A DNA stretch of 62,446 nt, the filler included, from Sphacelaria rigidula (taxonomy: Eukaryota): the NCBI GenBank assembly GCA_964200075.2. It is 9 parts of 9 records of this genome, joined end to end, with 100 filler letters (N's around TTAATTAATTAA, not from the genome) between each part and the next. Parts side by side here need not be neighbours in the genome. Positions count along the whole stretch, not along the records: positions 20,851 to 27,700 come from CAXNAA020017772.1; positions 27,801 to 34,650 come from CAXNAA020017773.1; positions 34,751 to 41,599 come from CAXNAA020017774.1; 6 more parts are not named here. One strand, written 5' to 3'. Shown here in pieces: positions 24,754 through 36,530 of this stretch. How positions within the stretch are numbered: position 1 is the stretch's first letter; the number at the start of each line of letters is the position of its first letter. Position numbers and translations under genes: made by a program. The notes below the pieces were generated by a model that was given only the letters and a program-made list of their open reading frames with translations, searched no databases and had not been told where the DNA came from.

Positions 24754-25934
24754 TCTCGAAGTACGTGCTGGGATCACAAACTACCGTTAGGGTCGCCTGT
24801 TAAAAAGAAATAGCGATGCAGATGTAATTCCCGAGTTGCCTTCTTTGGTGACTTGTCTTGAATACCTTGGCAATGTCGGATGTAAATTGGTCATTTTCCA
24901 GTGAGAGAACGGTTGACATCGCTGAAGAGAAAAGTCACCACGGATTCGTCGTCCCCATCAACTTTCCAGAGGGGCCATGCTTTTCTTCTTGATTGAAGTC
25001 ATAACTGACTGCTCTCGCGAGACTTGGGCCTGGATTATCAGTACCACGGTAGACAAGCGGGGAGGCACTCGAAAGGAACACAACAAGGGAGAACGAGAGT
25101 AGAAAGTAGGGAAAACATGACAACACGCAAGGCACACTGGTAGAAAACGGGCGTTACAGTGGTAGGGAAGCGAAGGGCGGAGATAAAAACAAAAAAGCGC
25201 ATGCACTACCGAGCACTCGGTTATTCATTTTTTCACTGTCTGGCGGCTGGCCAACGATGACTGCTTGCATATTGTACACGCCCGCGGCAATGACTCAGTG
25301 TACAAGTACTCCCTGTGTGTCATACGCCGTCTTTCACAACCTTACTTGCTGGCTGGCCAACTAGCAAGAGACGGCTTTCCCATTCCTCAGTTTATCGACC
25401 AAATTGAAGGCACTGCCAAAAAGGTACAACAACAGACGGTCCCTGCAGCATTATATTTCCCCGCTTCTTGAAATAGGAGCAGCCATTGTTGAGGCACAAA
25501 AAACACAGTACACCATATATGGTGCTAAACTTCACTCCATCCAGATCAGCACCCCAAATTCCAGAAGTCTGAACATACCGCCCAGCCAACGCGAGCTGCT
25601 GCTAATTATTGACGTACATTTTCTCAGCCCCGGCTTCCCGAAGGGGTTCGCGTACATATGTCTTCAATTCTATCCATTTACTTCATCATCAACAGAAGAC
25701 TCAAGGCGAAGAACCCGGCGAGCCTGACGCCACCCGGCTTGCGGCTGCCGTGCAGCATCAAGCACCGAAATCATTATCTCGGGTGCCAGACCTTAACCCC
25801 GCCGAAGAGCAACAGCAACAAGAATTAAAAACACATACACACACACACAAAATTCACGGGGGGTCAGCCACATCGCGCCGAATTTCTTCGACTCAGATGA
25901 CGGCGCATGTACAAAACGTAACCCACTCTGAAAA

Positions 25935-26610
25935 TCAACTGTCGTGAACGCGTGGTTTATTCTGGCGCTCGATACGTGCTCGAATGCGAGCGGCGGTCCG
26001 TCTGGTCACACCGAGCGCGACGTCCATGTCCTCTAAACCGAACTCTTTTGCCAACGATAGCCAGCACACCGAGTAGAACGAGTGCAGTAGGTCGGGTGGC
26101 ATGCACGGTGCCTTCGCGAAACCTCCTGTCACGATTATGCGTGCGCCGGGCGGGTGTCGCAAGAATCAAACATGACCGTGCCTATTGCTCTACTTTCGTG
26201 CAGAACGTGTCCTAAACCGAGATCGAATATACTGTACGTACGTCCATGGAAACCCTCAAGAGTCGTGCAGGCTGGCTTCGACAAAAACATAGCGCTTTCG
26301 CTGTTATTGGGACCTTTCCCAACGTTATTATTATACTTCGAAGTATCTAGTATTACTATTGGATTATTGACTTGAGAGTTAACAAAATGTCCGGAAGCCT
26401 GAGAGTACGAAGGGGCAATATCCGGGCCTCTAATTTCAAGGTATTCAGAAACACCAGGAGTGAAGCCATGTCGGAACATTCCTCAGTGCCGAATAACTTG
26501 AAAGTAGAGACCTCGATCAAGTGTTTAGTTCGCTCAACACCGCTATTACCTTCCCGGACACGTCTGCGAAATTCCAAGTCTAGACCGTGATTGAACACTT
26601 GGACCGCTCC
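25935..26610 (-). pseudogene. Possible frameshifted coding remnant of unknown family
   Basis: Three overlapping minus-strand ORFs (26356-26598, 26135-26479, 25935-26162) stitch into a protein-like sequence of about 220 aa with two frameshifts. No family recognised. Confidence 0.3.
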
Positions 26611-27280
26611 TTATGACAGACAAAAACACAAGTCCGATCCACCTCTGCACCGAAGCTGGTGCTCGCGCAGGCACGGTCTGTGTCACAAAACTGTCACGAG
26701 ACTGTTAACTGGTGCGATTTCAAGAAGGAAAAACGCCCCGTGCTCTACGAGTACTATAGATTGGAGAGAGCGAACGCTTTCTCCAAATCTGCACATTCAT
26801 TTTTAGAAACCTCAATCTCACCAATCTCACCAATCTCAATCTGCGCGCAGATCCAGATTTGTGTCACCATAAAAACTGATCCAAGGTTGTCATTTAGAGA
26901 GGGGGAGGGGTGGGGTATTTCGATGTGAGGAACCTTGCTTGCATGCTCGATCGGGATTCGTGGTACGGCTTCTCCCGCATACGTCGAGTTTACACTAGCA
27001 GCGTTGTTTTAACCAAGTTGGACGAACTGTGATTCGTTGGCACAACGTGCATTCGACACGTTTCTATAAATCCAACGCGACGGTGAGCCGCGAAAACATC
27101 CGTTTATTCATCTTCCAACAAATTCCAGATAATTACTGGGACAAGGAACGGCTGGATATACAAAATTCAGAGTACAACAAGCCAGGCAACTTCCTACTGC
27201 ACGTCATGCCAGATATCAAGATTCAAAGTACAGCCAGGCAGCTTTCTATTGTAGCACGGAACGATATTTATACCGTCCAG

Positions 27281-27690
27281 TACTGAGTATGTCCAATGAA
27301 ATATTGAGTATTTTTGGGTGTCGGTACCACGGATATGTTGGATATTGAGAGTATTTTTGGCACCTCATACCCTGAGCACCCTGGAATACTGAACACTGAA
27401 TATTGTGAGCAGTCGGTAGGGTACCTTGCGTAACCGGGGTACTCCGTGCATATGCTCACAATATAGTGGTTCGGGTGTGGTACTTCAGGAGGTGGGTACC
27501 CGAGGTACCCTGTAAAACTGAGTATTTTCTGTTTCCGACAATCTGTACCCTGGGTACCCGGAGTACCAAGTGTTTTCACTCAATACGAGTACTCACTCAG
27601 CGTACACACCAGATATTTCGGGGGGGGGGGGGGGAGGGGATGTACCCTTTGGTACTCAGACTTTTGGCAAATATAAACTAGGGAGAAAAA
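27281..27690. repeat. Degenerate repeat built of GTAC/GAGTA/TACCC-type short motifs
   Basis: Dense recurrence of GAGTATTTT, GGTACCC and GTACTC motifs. Non-coding in appearance; probably a MITE-like family. Confidence 0.5.
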
Positions 27691-27700
27691 TAAGCTGGGG

Positions 27701-27800
27701 NNNNNNNNNNNNNNNNNNNNNNNNNNNNNNNNNNNNNNNNNNNNTTAATTAATTAANNNNNNNNNNNNNNNNNNNNNNNNNNNNNNNNNNNNNNNNNNNN
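27701..27800. other. Artificial scaffold linker
   Basis: Identical 100-bp linker; preceding segment 6850 bp. Confidence 0.98.
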
Positions 27801-27814
27801 CGTCCCGGCATTGT

Positions 27815-27873
27815 AGGGATGCGAGGTCAAAGGTCTTATGGCGATGGCATGCATGATCATGAGTACACCCTCC
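27815..27873 (+). mobile_element. 3'-terminal stub of the poly-C LINE, subfamily 2
   Basis: GGGATGCGAGGTCAAAGGTC...GCATGATCATGAGTACACCC is homologous to 48649-48705, to 58891-58939 and to the LINE 3' end. Confidence 0.75.
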
Positions 27874-29529
27874 TCAATAGTGGCTGGTTTGGGGAGGCAA
27901 AATCTACAGGTAAATCGAAATGAAAAAATCAGAGCACAACGGGCAACTGGGAATTCCCGCGCTAGGGTTCGTTTTCGTCGATGTCGCCCATATGAGACAC
28001 TCCATGCAGCCTGAAACCAAACGATAGGCGCCGTATAACCATTTTCTTCGTCACAATTTGGGCCGTTTTTTTTTTTGGGGGGGGGGGGGCTATCGTAGAA
28101 AGGGCGCGGTACAATACGCGGTACAATAACTGTCCTGTGGATGGTGATGGTAGTGTAGAAGAATACAGCTAAGGAACGGTGGATCATTTACACATTCGGT
28201 GCGTTGTGACTATAGCATGCGTAGCAACATGACAGAATATTGGAGCTGCTGATAAATGTCGACACATGGTAATGTTTTGATGTTGACCAATGAGTATCGA
28301 TCTGATACAGAGACCTAATATTTGTTCGCCATATCCCAGACGTATCGAGTCATTATCCAAGATATCATCCAACAGGGACCCTGGGCGATACACTCAGGTT
28401 GCACCGTCCACACCATGTCACCACCACTACTGCGATCGACGCTCCCTCGCATCGCGAGGAGCGAACAGAGGGTGGGACTTATGCACGGATGCTTGCTGGC
28501 GCGTACGATTATTCGACCCAACTGAGAGTCCCCACTGTTTTAATGCGTCCCTGTGCAACATGAGCGAAGCAGCAGTCGTGAAGACTGTTTTCACCTGGCA
28601 CAGAGACTCCGTCGAATGCTCCGCCCGTAGAACGAGATGCCACAAGGGCTTGGAATCGATGGTGACTGAAATTTCGCCACGAGAAGGCGGCACGGGGGGA
28701 AGGGATGGTGCCAGAGGAACGACACATTGCCATCCTTGATGACGTGCGTGACGGTTGACTTTTGTACGGTTTTCACTGTTTCGTCGATGCAGTGGATGTT
28801 TTACAGTGAACGGTCCGCTTAGACGAACCGAGCCGTGGTGACGAGCCAAAACGTACCCAAAGAGAAAAACGACACTATACATTTTGTTACTTTGCGCAGC
28901 ACCTGGTCTTGTTCGCTTGTCATCCCGTCGCCCCGCTACTACTATGTGCCCTTTTACTGATCGATTGGTTGGTTGTCGCACGTTAATTGACTCCCCGGAG
29001 GTCCAGCCGTGGTCACATCATAGACGTATCCAAGGCAAAGCAAAACTCAAACACTTGCTGAATAAAAAGAAAAAACAAAAGGTAAAACAGAACAACATAG
29101 TAGACTAGGACGTAAAGAAAAGGATATGTATATATATATATATGTATATGATGAAAAAAAGAGAGAAATGATCGGTCTCTGCCGAATGGCTTCGGCGTAC
29201 AAGGTCCTGCGCAGAACTACGCTCATACCTAGGTGTAAAAAACAAAATGCCGTAAAGGTTGCCGCTCATCTACTACAAGCGCTCTATTTAGGGTATGGAC
29301 CCTCTCATCCATGCAGAAACACAATGAAGCGAGGTATCACACGGCTCCGCTATACACCGGCAGGGAGAAGTGTGGGAATGAGGGGGAACAGTGAAGGAGA
29401 CTACAGAAGTGAAGCCAAAATGATTCAGGGCAGCAGAGCAGATACAGACACACCAGGGGGCACCGCAGAGCCACCGACTACGGACACAATCAACAGCCGA
29501 TATGAGCGGACGGGATTCTTCGATTGGCG

Positions 29530-30625
29530 CCCTCGACGCAGCAGCCTCTCGTTTGTGACGGCGGTCCGATTCTCGTTTGTCCGCGCGTTGCCACGTGTCC
29601 TCAACCTCTCCCGCTCCTTTTTCGACTCCAATATGCCATCTGCCCATGTTCTCCGCCACAGTGATCCAATCGTATGCATCGTTGACCTCTACACCGTAGA
29701 CGAACCATCTCCGTCGTGTTACTTTGTGCGGAACAGCCCCTCGTGCACGTAGGTTCTCCTGGAGATTTTCCTCCCATTGCTTGGGGGGCGGCCGGCCCCC
29801 TTGGGCCCTCGTGCGGCTAATCGCCCGTTCATGATGCGCTTAGGAAGGCGTGTTTCTTTTTGTCGGACAAGGACTCTCGCGAACCAGAGTTGACGCTTGC
29901 GGAGCAGTCGTCTCGATACGTTCGCGGTCATCTCGAGCACCGCTCTGTACAAGTCTTGAAGCCATTTCGATCTTTCCTGCGGAATCCAACCGCTCGCAGC
30001 AAGAGCTTGTGAGGGCAGTCCGCAGACGGTCGAAGTCCTCAGAACGTATCGTTCATGTGGCACATCCATATAACACAGCTCGTACCACCTCCGCTTTAAG
30101 CAGTCGGACTTTCAAGGAGAGCTGGGCGTTGGGTCGATCGTAAAGTTGGGAGCTATATTTCGGAATACTCGCCCACGCCGCACTGATACGGCGGTTAATT
30201 TCGATGGACATTTTTGCATCCGCGCTGATAGCTGCACCAAGGTAGATGAACTTCCCCGTCTGCTTATACCGTTGACCGGCAGCTTTGATGTGCAGGGCGA
30301 CCTCCGTGGGACTGGGTACTGACCAAAGGCGCATGGACTCTGTTTTGCTCTCGGGGACGATCAGGCCGAGTTCCTGGCAGGTCACGACTATCACGGCCAT
30401 CATTCGAGCAAGGCCGACTGAGGTCCTCGAGACTGTGCCGGCGTCGTTCGCATAAGGCATTGCCCACAACACGCGTGGCATCTTTTCCAGGGATTCAACA
30501 TCGTCACCTTTTCGCGCATCTAGAAAAGCCAAGTCCGGAACGATTACTGGGTCCGCCGCGAACCGCTGAACGATCACGTCCACCAAACCTACTCCGAAGA
30601 TATTGAACAACACCACTATTCCTAC
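29530..30625 (-). mobile_element. Degenerate RTE-clade LINE (RT C-terminal part), probably intronic in MCM9
   Basis: LFNIF, LWAMPYANDAG (YADD motif mutated), GL.V..SKTE.M, FIYLG..IS, EINRRISAAW, VLYGCAT, LRKRQLWF, RLPKRIMNG.L..G....GRP. These motifs are typical of RTE ORFs. Frameshifts are present. Confidence 0.9.
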
Positions 30626-31040
30626 AACTATGCTGTACATTTCGAGCGCGCCCTGTACGGCGAGGTAGGTGTCTCGACACGTTTCCGCGTCGCGCCGTTG
30701 AATGATAAATGAGTCGTGGAGGGGTACACCCATTGTTTTCTGGAAAATCCACAACTTGTGCCATTTCTGCGCGCGTACATCGGTTGTGTAGTGTATCACT
30801 CACCCCGCAGAGGTGTCGCTTTTGTGGGGTGGAAAAGACGTGCGGCGGGGTCTCCAGTCTCCAAGCCGTAGGATGAGGCAAAAGGGAGCTTTGGGGACGT
30901 TGTTCGGCCGTCCGGTTTTCAGGCGTGCGGTGGGTTAGACGGTGGCTACGGAAGGCCGATGGTGGTGGAACGTGTGTAGACCTCGGACCGAAGCGGGTGA
31001 AATATGGATAGGAATGGGTGAAATATGCAGTAGACCCAAC

Positions 31041-31350
31041 GAAATGTTCGTACACAATGGTTGACAGGGATGACTACTTGATTTTCAACTGAAGAGAGTT
31101 TGGAGAAAAAGTATGGTTTGTGGCCGCTGAGTAATGGACCCGGCTCGTCCAGGACGTGCTTTTGTCGAAATCGGCGCCTGCGGCATCGATTTGAGGTCTG
31201 CCAACTCACACTTTCCCTAGGGGGGTCTATGCACCCGCCTTGCCCGAGGGTCTCGTGCGTCTTGGGTCGGGGTTAGGGTTAAGGTAAGGGTTAGTGTTAG
31301 TTTGTAACATCCCACGATATTTCCCATCAACCATTGTGTACGAACATTTC
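31041..31350. mobile_element. MITE (310 bp) carrying degenerate TTAGGG repeats
   Basis: Perfect 24-bp terminal inverted repeat GAAATGTTCGTACACAATGGTTGA (31041-31064 and 31327-31350). Internal GGGTTAGGGTTAAGGTAAGGGTTAGTGTTAG at about 31270-31300. Confidence 0.88.
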
Positions 31351-31776
31351 TTTAGGTCGCTTCGATGAGACATGGTAGGTGACAGGGGGTGGACGAACCC
31401 CATTCTCGGACAGAAGTGGGTCTTCTGCGAGGCCCTTGTGCCCCGTGGTACTGTTTGGCCCTATGTATCCCGTTTGTTTCCGCGAAAGTTGGTATGCATG
31501 TTCGCATGGGCTGTGGGTGTGGCGCCTTTGCGTCGGGGTCGATTCTTGAGTGGTTTGGGCCTAGCAAGGGCAGCTCCAATTTTTCGCGCTTATCACCACC
31601 CTCTTTCGTGGCTGAAGAGGGGGAGGGTGCACCCACTTTTGTCAATTGCCCACAAAAAACCGAAGAGGGGGGGGGGACACACTCTACGGAGAACCCTGTA
31701 GCAATAGAAAAGAGACAAGACAATAAAACAGTGGGAAAATGTAGAAACAAAAAGGTAGAGATAGAGAAATGAATAC

Positions 31777-31863
31777 CTCTTGGTAGTCGCTGTAGCGATG
31801 ATCGCCGTGCTCCTCAAACCTTGAGCCTTTGCACTGCTTCTCGCCCACGCCGGGGCAACTCGT
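31777..31863 (-). CDS. MCM9: DNA helicase MCM9-like, internal exon (second half of the Zn finger, DYQE motif)
   Basis: TAG acceptor and GAG|GTATTC donor, 87 bp, phase 0: TSCPGVGEKQCKGSRFEEHGDHRYSDYQE. Completes the C4 zinc finger and the conserved MCM D[YF]QE motif. This frame is not in the ORF track. Confidence 0.9.
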
Positions 31864-32660
31864 CTATCTCCGTCGTTAGTTCGCAAGGGACACCACCAGG
31901 CAAGGTGCGGGCGCGGGATGTGCAGCGGAAATGAAACACACACAGTCGAGGATCGGGCGAGGGAATTAAAACTACAGAGGGTGTTGGGCAAAACGTAACG
32001 ACACCGGGTGTTCCTCACACACGTAACCATGCGGCGCTCGAAACAAATACATACATACATATATACGTATACTTGTGACCACAGCTGGATCTCTTCGGGA
32101 CCAGTTGATGTGTGATAACCAACCAGTCAATCCATCGATCAATCAATCAAACGATGAAATAGTATGTATTATCAAAGATCGGGAGAGAAGACCAGGGACA
32201 GAAGAGATTGCTCCACGCTAGCGTAGCAATTGAATGCTTCAGTCAGAACCATAATCCTCGAATTGTGTGTACAGAGATCCCCTTCTGTTCTTTCCCTCCC
32301 TCTTTCTCCCTCTCTGAGCCGCGTTGATGTTTTCATGTCGCTCCCGCAGTCCCTGGACAGGTGAGTCGCGATCTGTTCCAACAGCCTCGCCTTTTTTGTA
32401 CAGAATCACTGCCTCTAGTTTTGGCAAGGGTCTGTAGGAGATATCTCCCGGCGCCGGCCATACATTTCAGCCTGGCGTCTTTTTCCTGCGTATCTTTGGT
32501 TGCATTTCACCCGCGGCAACACCAATCATAAAAAAATATATATGGAACAAAGCAGAATAAAAGCGCAAAAAACAAAAATAAAAAATAAGAAAACAGCATA
32601 CATACGACCATCCTCCATGATTAAAGTCAGTATTTTTTTTTTTTTCGATTACATCCTCAC

Positions 32661-32792
32661 AGGGGGCGCCAGCAGGTTGCCCTGGCTCATGTCAGAATGC
32701 ACGCTGAAAACGGCACCGCATGTCTTGTTTTGGCAGCGGTACTCCCGCGACACCTCCAGCATTTTCACCGCTCCCGTTCGGATCACGGTTCC
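32661..32792 (-). CDS. MCM9: DNA helicase MCM9-like, internal exon (OB-fold and first half of the Zn finger)
   Basis: CAG acceptor and CCT|GTGAG donor, 132 bp: GTVIRTGAVKMLEVSREYRCQNKTCGAVFSVHSDMSQGNLLAPP. GTVIR...VK..E..R.Y.C is characteristic of MCM9. Confidence 0.9.
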
Positions 32793-33733
32793 CTGCTTGG
32801 ATGCGATTGATAAAAAACCAAAACGAAAAGCGTGATGGATCGCTACCAAGAGCGGAAACTGAATACTACAAGGACCGACACCGGCAAAGTACAGTAGTAC
32901 GGTAGGTGTCGATGGGGTGCAGCAGTGCCATTGCCATGCTCCATCAGAACCAAGTGTAAAAAAAGTACTGGGGATGATAAATGTTTAATCCTTGAGGCTA
33001 TAGACTTGTCCCGAGGAGGGGGCGGAGGAGAGGGCTAAAGCTGCAGACGAAAACATCATCCCGACGAAACATCTCTCCCCGTCCGACACTTATCGCTGGT
33101 GGCACTATTTTGTGTAGGGGTATTCTGTTTTCATGATGTTCTGATTATCCGGTATGTCGAACGCTTTTTGATTATACTTCTAGCCTTCCCTGTGATAAAT
33201 GCGCTGCTGCAATCTACACTAGTGAAGCCCCCGGCGCCTCGCGACCTGCCACGGTGATCAGCATATGCAAAGGTCGCACAGGTGAAGAAGATTGACAGCA
33301 TGGGTGCGACCAGACGAGCGAAAGGGGATCGTGACATTCAGGCAGAGAGGCCTGTATTTTCGGTTCGTTACCGCACGTCCAATTCAGCAATGCTTCATGA
33401 TGGGCGACATCACCAGTGATGAGGCAAATGATTTCAGCAGTCCTTATGCTGCCGTAATATTATTCCACTGTCATAATACATAGCACACAGTTCCCTCCTT
33501 GGAAAACTATCTCATGAAAAGGAATTTCCTTCTTATCCTGCCCGTGCACACTCTTCGTGTCCTGGAAAAAAAAACAGAGCTGACCAATTCTCCACCACTA
33601 TCTTCTACCGCCTGCCACACATGTATCTCTCTATCCCTCACTCTCCCACCCTCTCAACATGCGAACGCCGATCTCCCCCGACTCCGATTTAAACGCCGGC
33701 TCGCCGATACCCAACCCCCACAGACCAACAGAC

Positions 33734-34063
33734 CTGTATCTGGATGAGCGATCCAAGATCCGTTCCACGAATAGAGCTGATGTTCGGCTTGCAAAGGTCC
33801 GACAGCGGGGGCAAGTGTGTGATTCGGACATGCGCGTTAGCTTTCACCGTCAGTGAAATATCTCCGTCTCCTCCCTGTCCCCCTCCCTCGGCGCCGTGAT
33901 TGTCGACTCGACTGTCCGCGAAATTCCCGCCACCGCTGCCGCCGCTTCCTCCGCCCGAAACACCGCGATGGATTCTGCTGCTGTTAGCACCAGTGTTTGC
34001 TCTCATTTCAGCGGCTTGCTCGACTATGCGGCTCTGCACGAGGTCCAGAGCTTCCCGCATGAG
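33734..34063 (-). CDS. MCM9: DNA helicase MCM9-like, internal exon (N-terminal domain)
   Basis: 330-bp phase-0 exon: LMREALDLVQSRIVEQAAE...(Gly-rich insert)...LTVKANAHVRITHLPPLSDLCKPNISSIRGTDLGSLIQIQ, with a CAG|GT donor. K.N.H.RI..LP is MCM8/9-like. The AAG acceptor at the 5' end is the least certain boundary. Confidence 0.85.
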
Positions 34064-34269
34064 CTTCGCGTGTCAGGCGTGAGAATTACACACACGGTTT
34101 TGTAATACGAGAAATCAATCATTCGATCAGTTAAGAATATATATTTATAGGAAAAAAAAAAAACGTCGAATGTTGTTACAGTCGCATCTGTCAAAATTGG
34201 CTCTGTTGTATGATACTACGAAGCGTCCATGTTTTGGGATGACAAAATCCAGTGCGAAAAACCTTCTGT

Positions 34270-34350
34270 GCTGGGGATTCGAACCCACGAGGTCGGCCCG
34301 ATCGACTGTTGATGTACAAGTTTGATCACCGTGGCACGGCGTCGACTCAA
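34270..34350 (-). mobile_element. tRNA-derived SINE head
   Basis: Minus strand: CGGTGATCAAACTTG (A-box-like) ... GGGTTCGAATCCC (B box). Confidence 0.5.
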
Positions 34351-34577
34351 TCGGCACGTAGTTATCATTGTTTCCGCATAAGAGCCCGATATCTCGAACC
34401 CGCGGTTACAGACGTAGGCTCGCCTTTCCAGTACCGTTACTGCTTCTCCGTGCATGAGATAAAAGCCCTCATTAAGCGGTGTCTTTTGAGACTTTAAAAA
34501 ACTAAGCAAAAAAAAACAACAGTACGACAAAAACGTTGAGAAAACAGAAGTGAAAAAGCTTCCCCCCATTGACCACG

Positions 34578-34650
34578 CATTAGACGGTAGGGAGAAAACG
34601 ATTGCTATACTAGGGGATAGATGGTGGCCAGAGACGGCGAAACAGGACGG
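34578..34650 (+). mobile_element. Fragment of the poly-C LINE family, cut by the scaffold end
   Basis: Matches 15920-15992 (…GCTATACTAGGGGATAGATGGTGGCCAGAGACGGCGAAACAGGACGG). Confidence 0.8.
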
Positions 34651-34750
34651 NNNNNNNNNNNNNNNNNNNNNNNNNNNNNNNNNNNNNNNNNNNNTTAATT
34701 AATTAANNNNNNNNNNNNNNNNNNNNNNNNNNNNNNNNNNNNNNNNNNNN
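34651..34750. other. Artificial scaffold linker
   Basis: Identical 100-bp linker; preceding segment 6850 bp. Confidence 0.98.
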
Positions 34751-34819
34751 TAAAAGTGTGGGGAAAGCACTGTTTTAGGCTTGAACCTCATCTCGGAGTT
34801 GAACCTCAATTCGCGCAAT

Positions 34820-35957
34820 TTGTTGTTCTTTTCAAAAAAGGAGACAAGTCTGACCCAGGAAACTATAGAGGGATAACGCTACTGAGCACGGTAGGGAAAA
34901 CATTCTGAAAGATTCTGAACGGTAGAGTAGGAACGATGCTCGAAAAGGAAGACAAAATCAGCGAGGGACAAGCAGGATTTCGACCAAACGGCAGTTGCGT
35001 GGACCATGTGCACATATTAGGTAAGATTATTCAGGATGGGAAAGACACCGGGCTGACAACGCCTTGTTTTCTTTCTAGGCGTGCAAAATGCATATGACAC
35101 AGTATGAAGCAATGGGCTGAAGAAAAAGTTGTGAGAAGCTGAGATCAGAGGAAAGATGTGGAGAATGGTGAAGAAGATGAAAAAATGTGCCAAAAGTGCT
35201 ACAGTAGTGGGCGGTCTAACTATGCATTTCGTGGCATTTTGTGATTTTTGCGTAATAGGCGATTCTCTCGGGCTCTTTTCGCTTGCCACCGCTTATCACA
35301 TCGAAGATCTGAAGATATTTGTATCCGCTCCACATTCCAAGAAAACAAAATCATATGTGGTCAATATTGAGTGACTTACGGGCTGACAGGTCATCGGGGG
35401 TCCTGCCACGTTTCAGCCCAGATTCTTACTCTTCTGTATTTGAGGTCGATCGAGCCTGTGCCGATCATAGTTGTGAAGAAATATACAGTTTTATTTTTCA
35501 GAAACTTCTCACGGTCAATAACACCCTCCTGATAAACGGGGTATTTACTCGTTTCGCCCGATAACACCAACTGACACTGACTTAGGCACTGTGTTTCGAG
35601 GATCTTAATCCGTGTATTGTACCAAAATTTACCAAGGCTAGCAATTTCGAGTTTTATCGAAGAGTAGTACGAGAGGAAATGCCCAAAACACCCCTAAATA
35701 GTTAGACCGCCCACTACTCAAATGATGCTAGACGGGGAAATATCGAACTACTTCGATATCTTCCATGAAGTTGCACAAGGGTGTACTTCATCACCTACTT
35801 TGTTCAAGGTATTTATTAATGACTTGGTTGTAGCTATAGAAGCAGCAAAGCAAGGGGTCAAGGTGGGTGAAGATATGGTATCAGGGTTGATGTTCGCGGA
35901 TGATTTTGTGGGGATTTCAGAAACACCAGAAGGATTACAGACACAGATGGAAAAGAC
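34820..35957 (+). mobile_element. Degenerate LINE reverse-transcriptase core (poly-C LINE family), split by a MITE
   Basis: LFKKGDKSDPGNYRGITLLS, EGQAGFRP, AYDTV, GKMWRMVKKM, then after the MITE VAQGCTSSPTLFKVFINDL and LMFADDFVG. Overlaps in homology with 14360-14520. Confidence 0.92.
35202..35719. mobile_element. Tc1/mariner-type MITE (about 518 bp) inserted in the LINE RT
   Basis: Perfect 21-bp inverted repeat AGTAGTGGGCGGTCTAACTAT; left junction TA|CAGT. The LINE copy at 42781 (CAAAAGTGCGATGATGCTAGACGGGG) shows the empty site. Confidence 0.88.
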
Positions 35958-36530
35958 GTCTGGCGAAATCACGCCGTCACGGTTGAGTATATAGTGGATC
36001 CTGGATGATGACCAGGGAACAAGGGCATCCTGTGGATGATGACCCTTGCTGTGTAACCTAGCCCTCAAGGTACGGGGCTGCAGGTGTTTACTCCGGTAGT
36101 GATAGGGTGTTGTGAAGGCTGACAACTAAGACCTTGAGGCCAGTGGAACTGGCGAGTCCCTCAACAGCTTTTAGACGCTGCAGCACTAGCAACCTGCTAG
36201 CGTCACGATATCGAAGCCGCGGCGATATTAGTGCTAGTGCTAGGCGTGCTAGTAGGGGCTATCGTTTGAGACTGCGGAAATTTTCAGCAGGGAGACGTCT
36301 GGACAGCTTGTGATTAGCTTCGGGCATAGAGCTTCACGGACGCGTGAAGAGGCTTCAAGCTGAGGTAGCTGCAAAGGCGACTGGCCCGTGATTGATCCAG
36401 ACTGCAGACTTGCTGGAGCTGCGTACAGCGGGTGTTTATACGACCCCAGGGCTGTATTGGAGCGGCGAAGACAGCAGGTGTGATCTGAAGTTCGAGAAGG
36501 TATCACAAATCTTCGATTTTCCTCTCGAGA

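Noticed and set aside
26135-26260. TET/JBP or other 2OG-Fe(II) dioxygenase call from GTVMFDS...H...RII
   Set aside because: No convincing HxD motif, and the match depends on an assumed frameshift. Too weak to name.
31265-31302. True telomere or chromosome end
   Set aside because: Only a few degenerate units, enclosed by MITE inverted repeats in mid-scaffold.
32239-32490. Additional MCM9 exon between 32661 and 31863
   Set aside because: The two flanking exons already join in phase and complete the zinc finger; this ORF has no MCM similarity.
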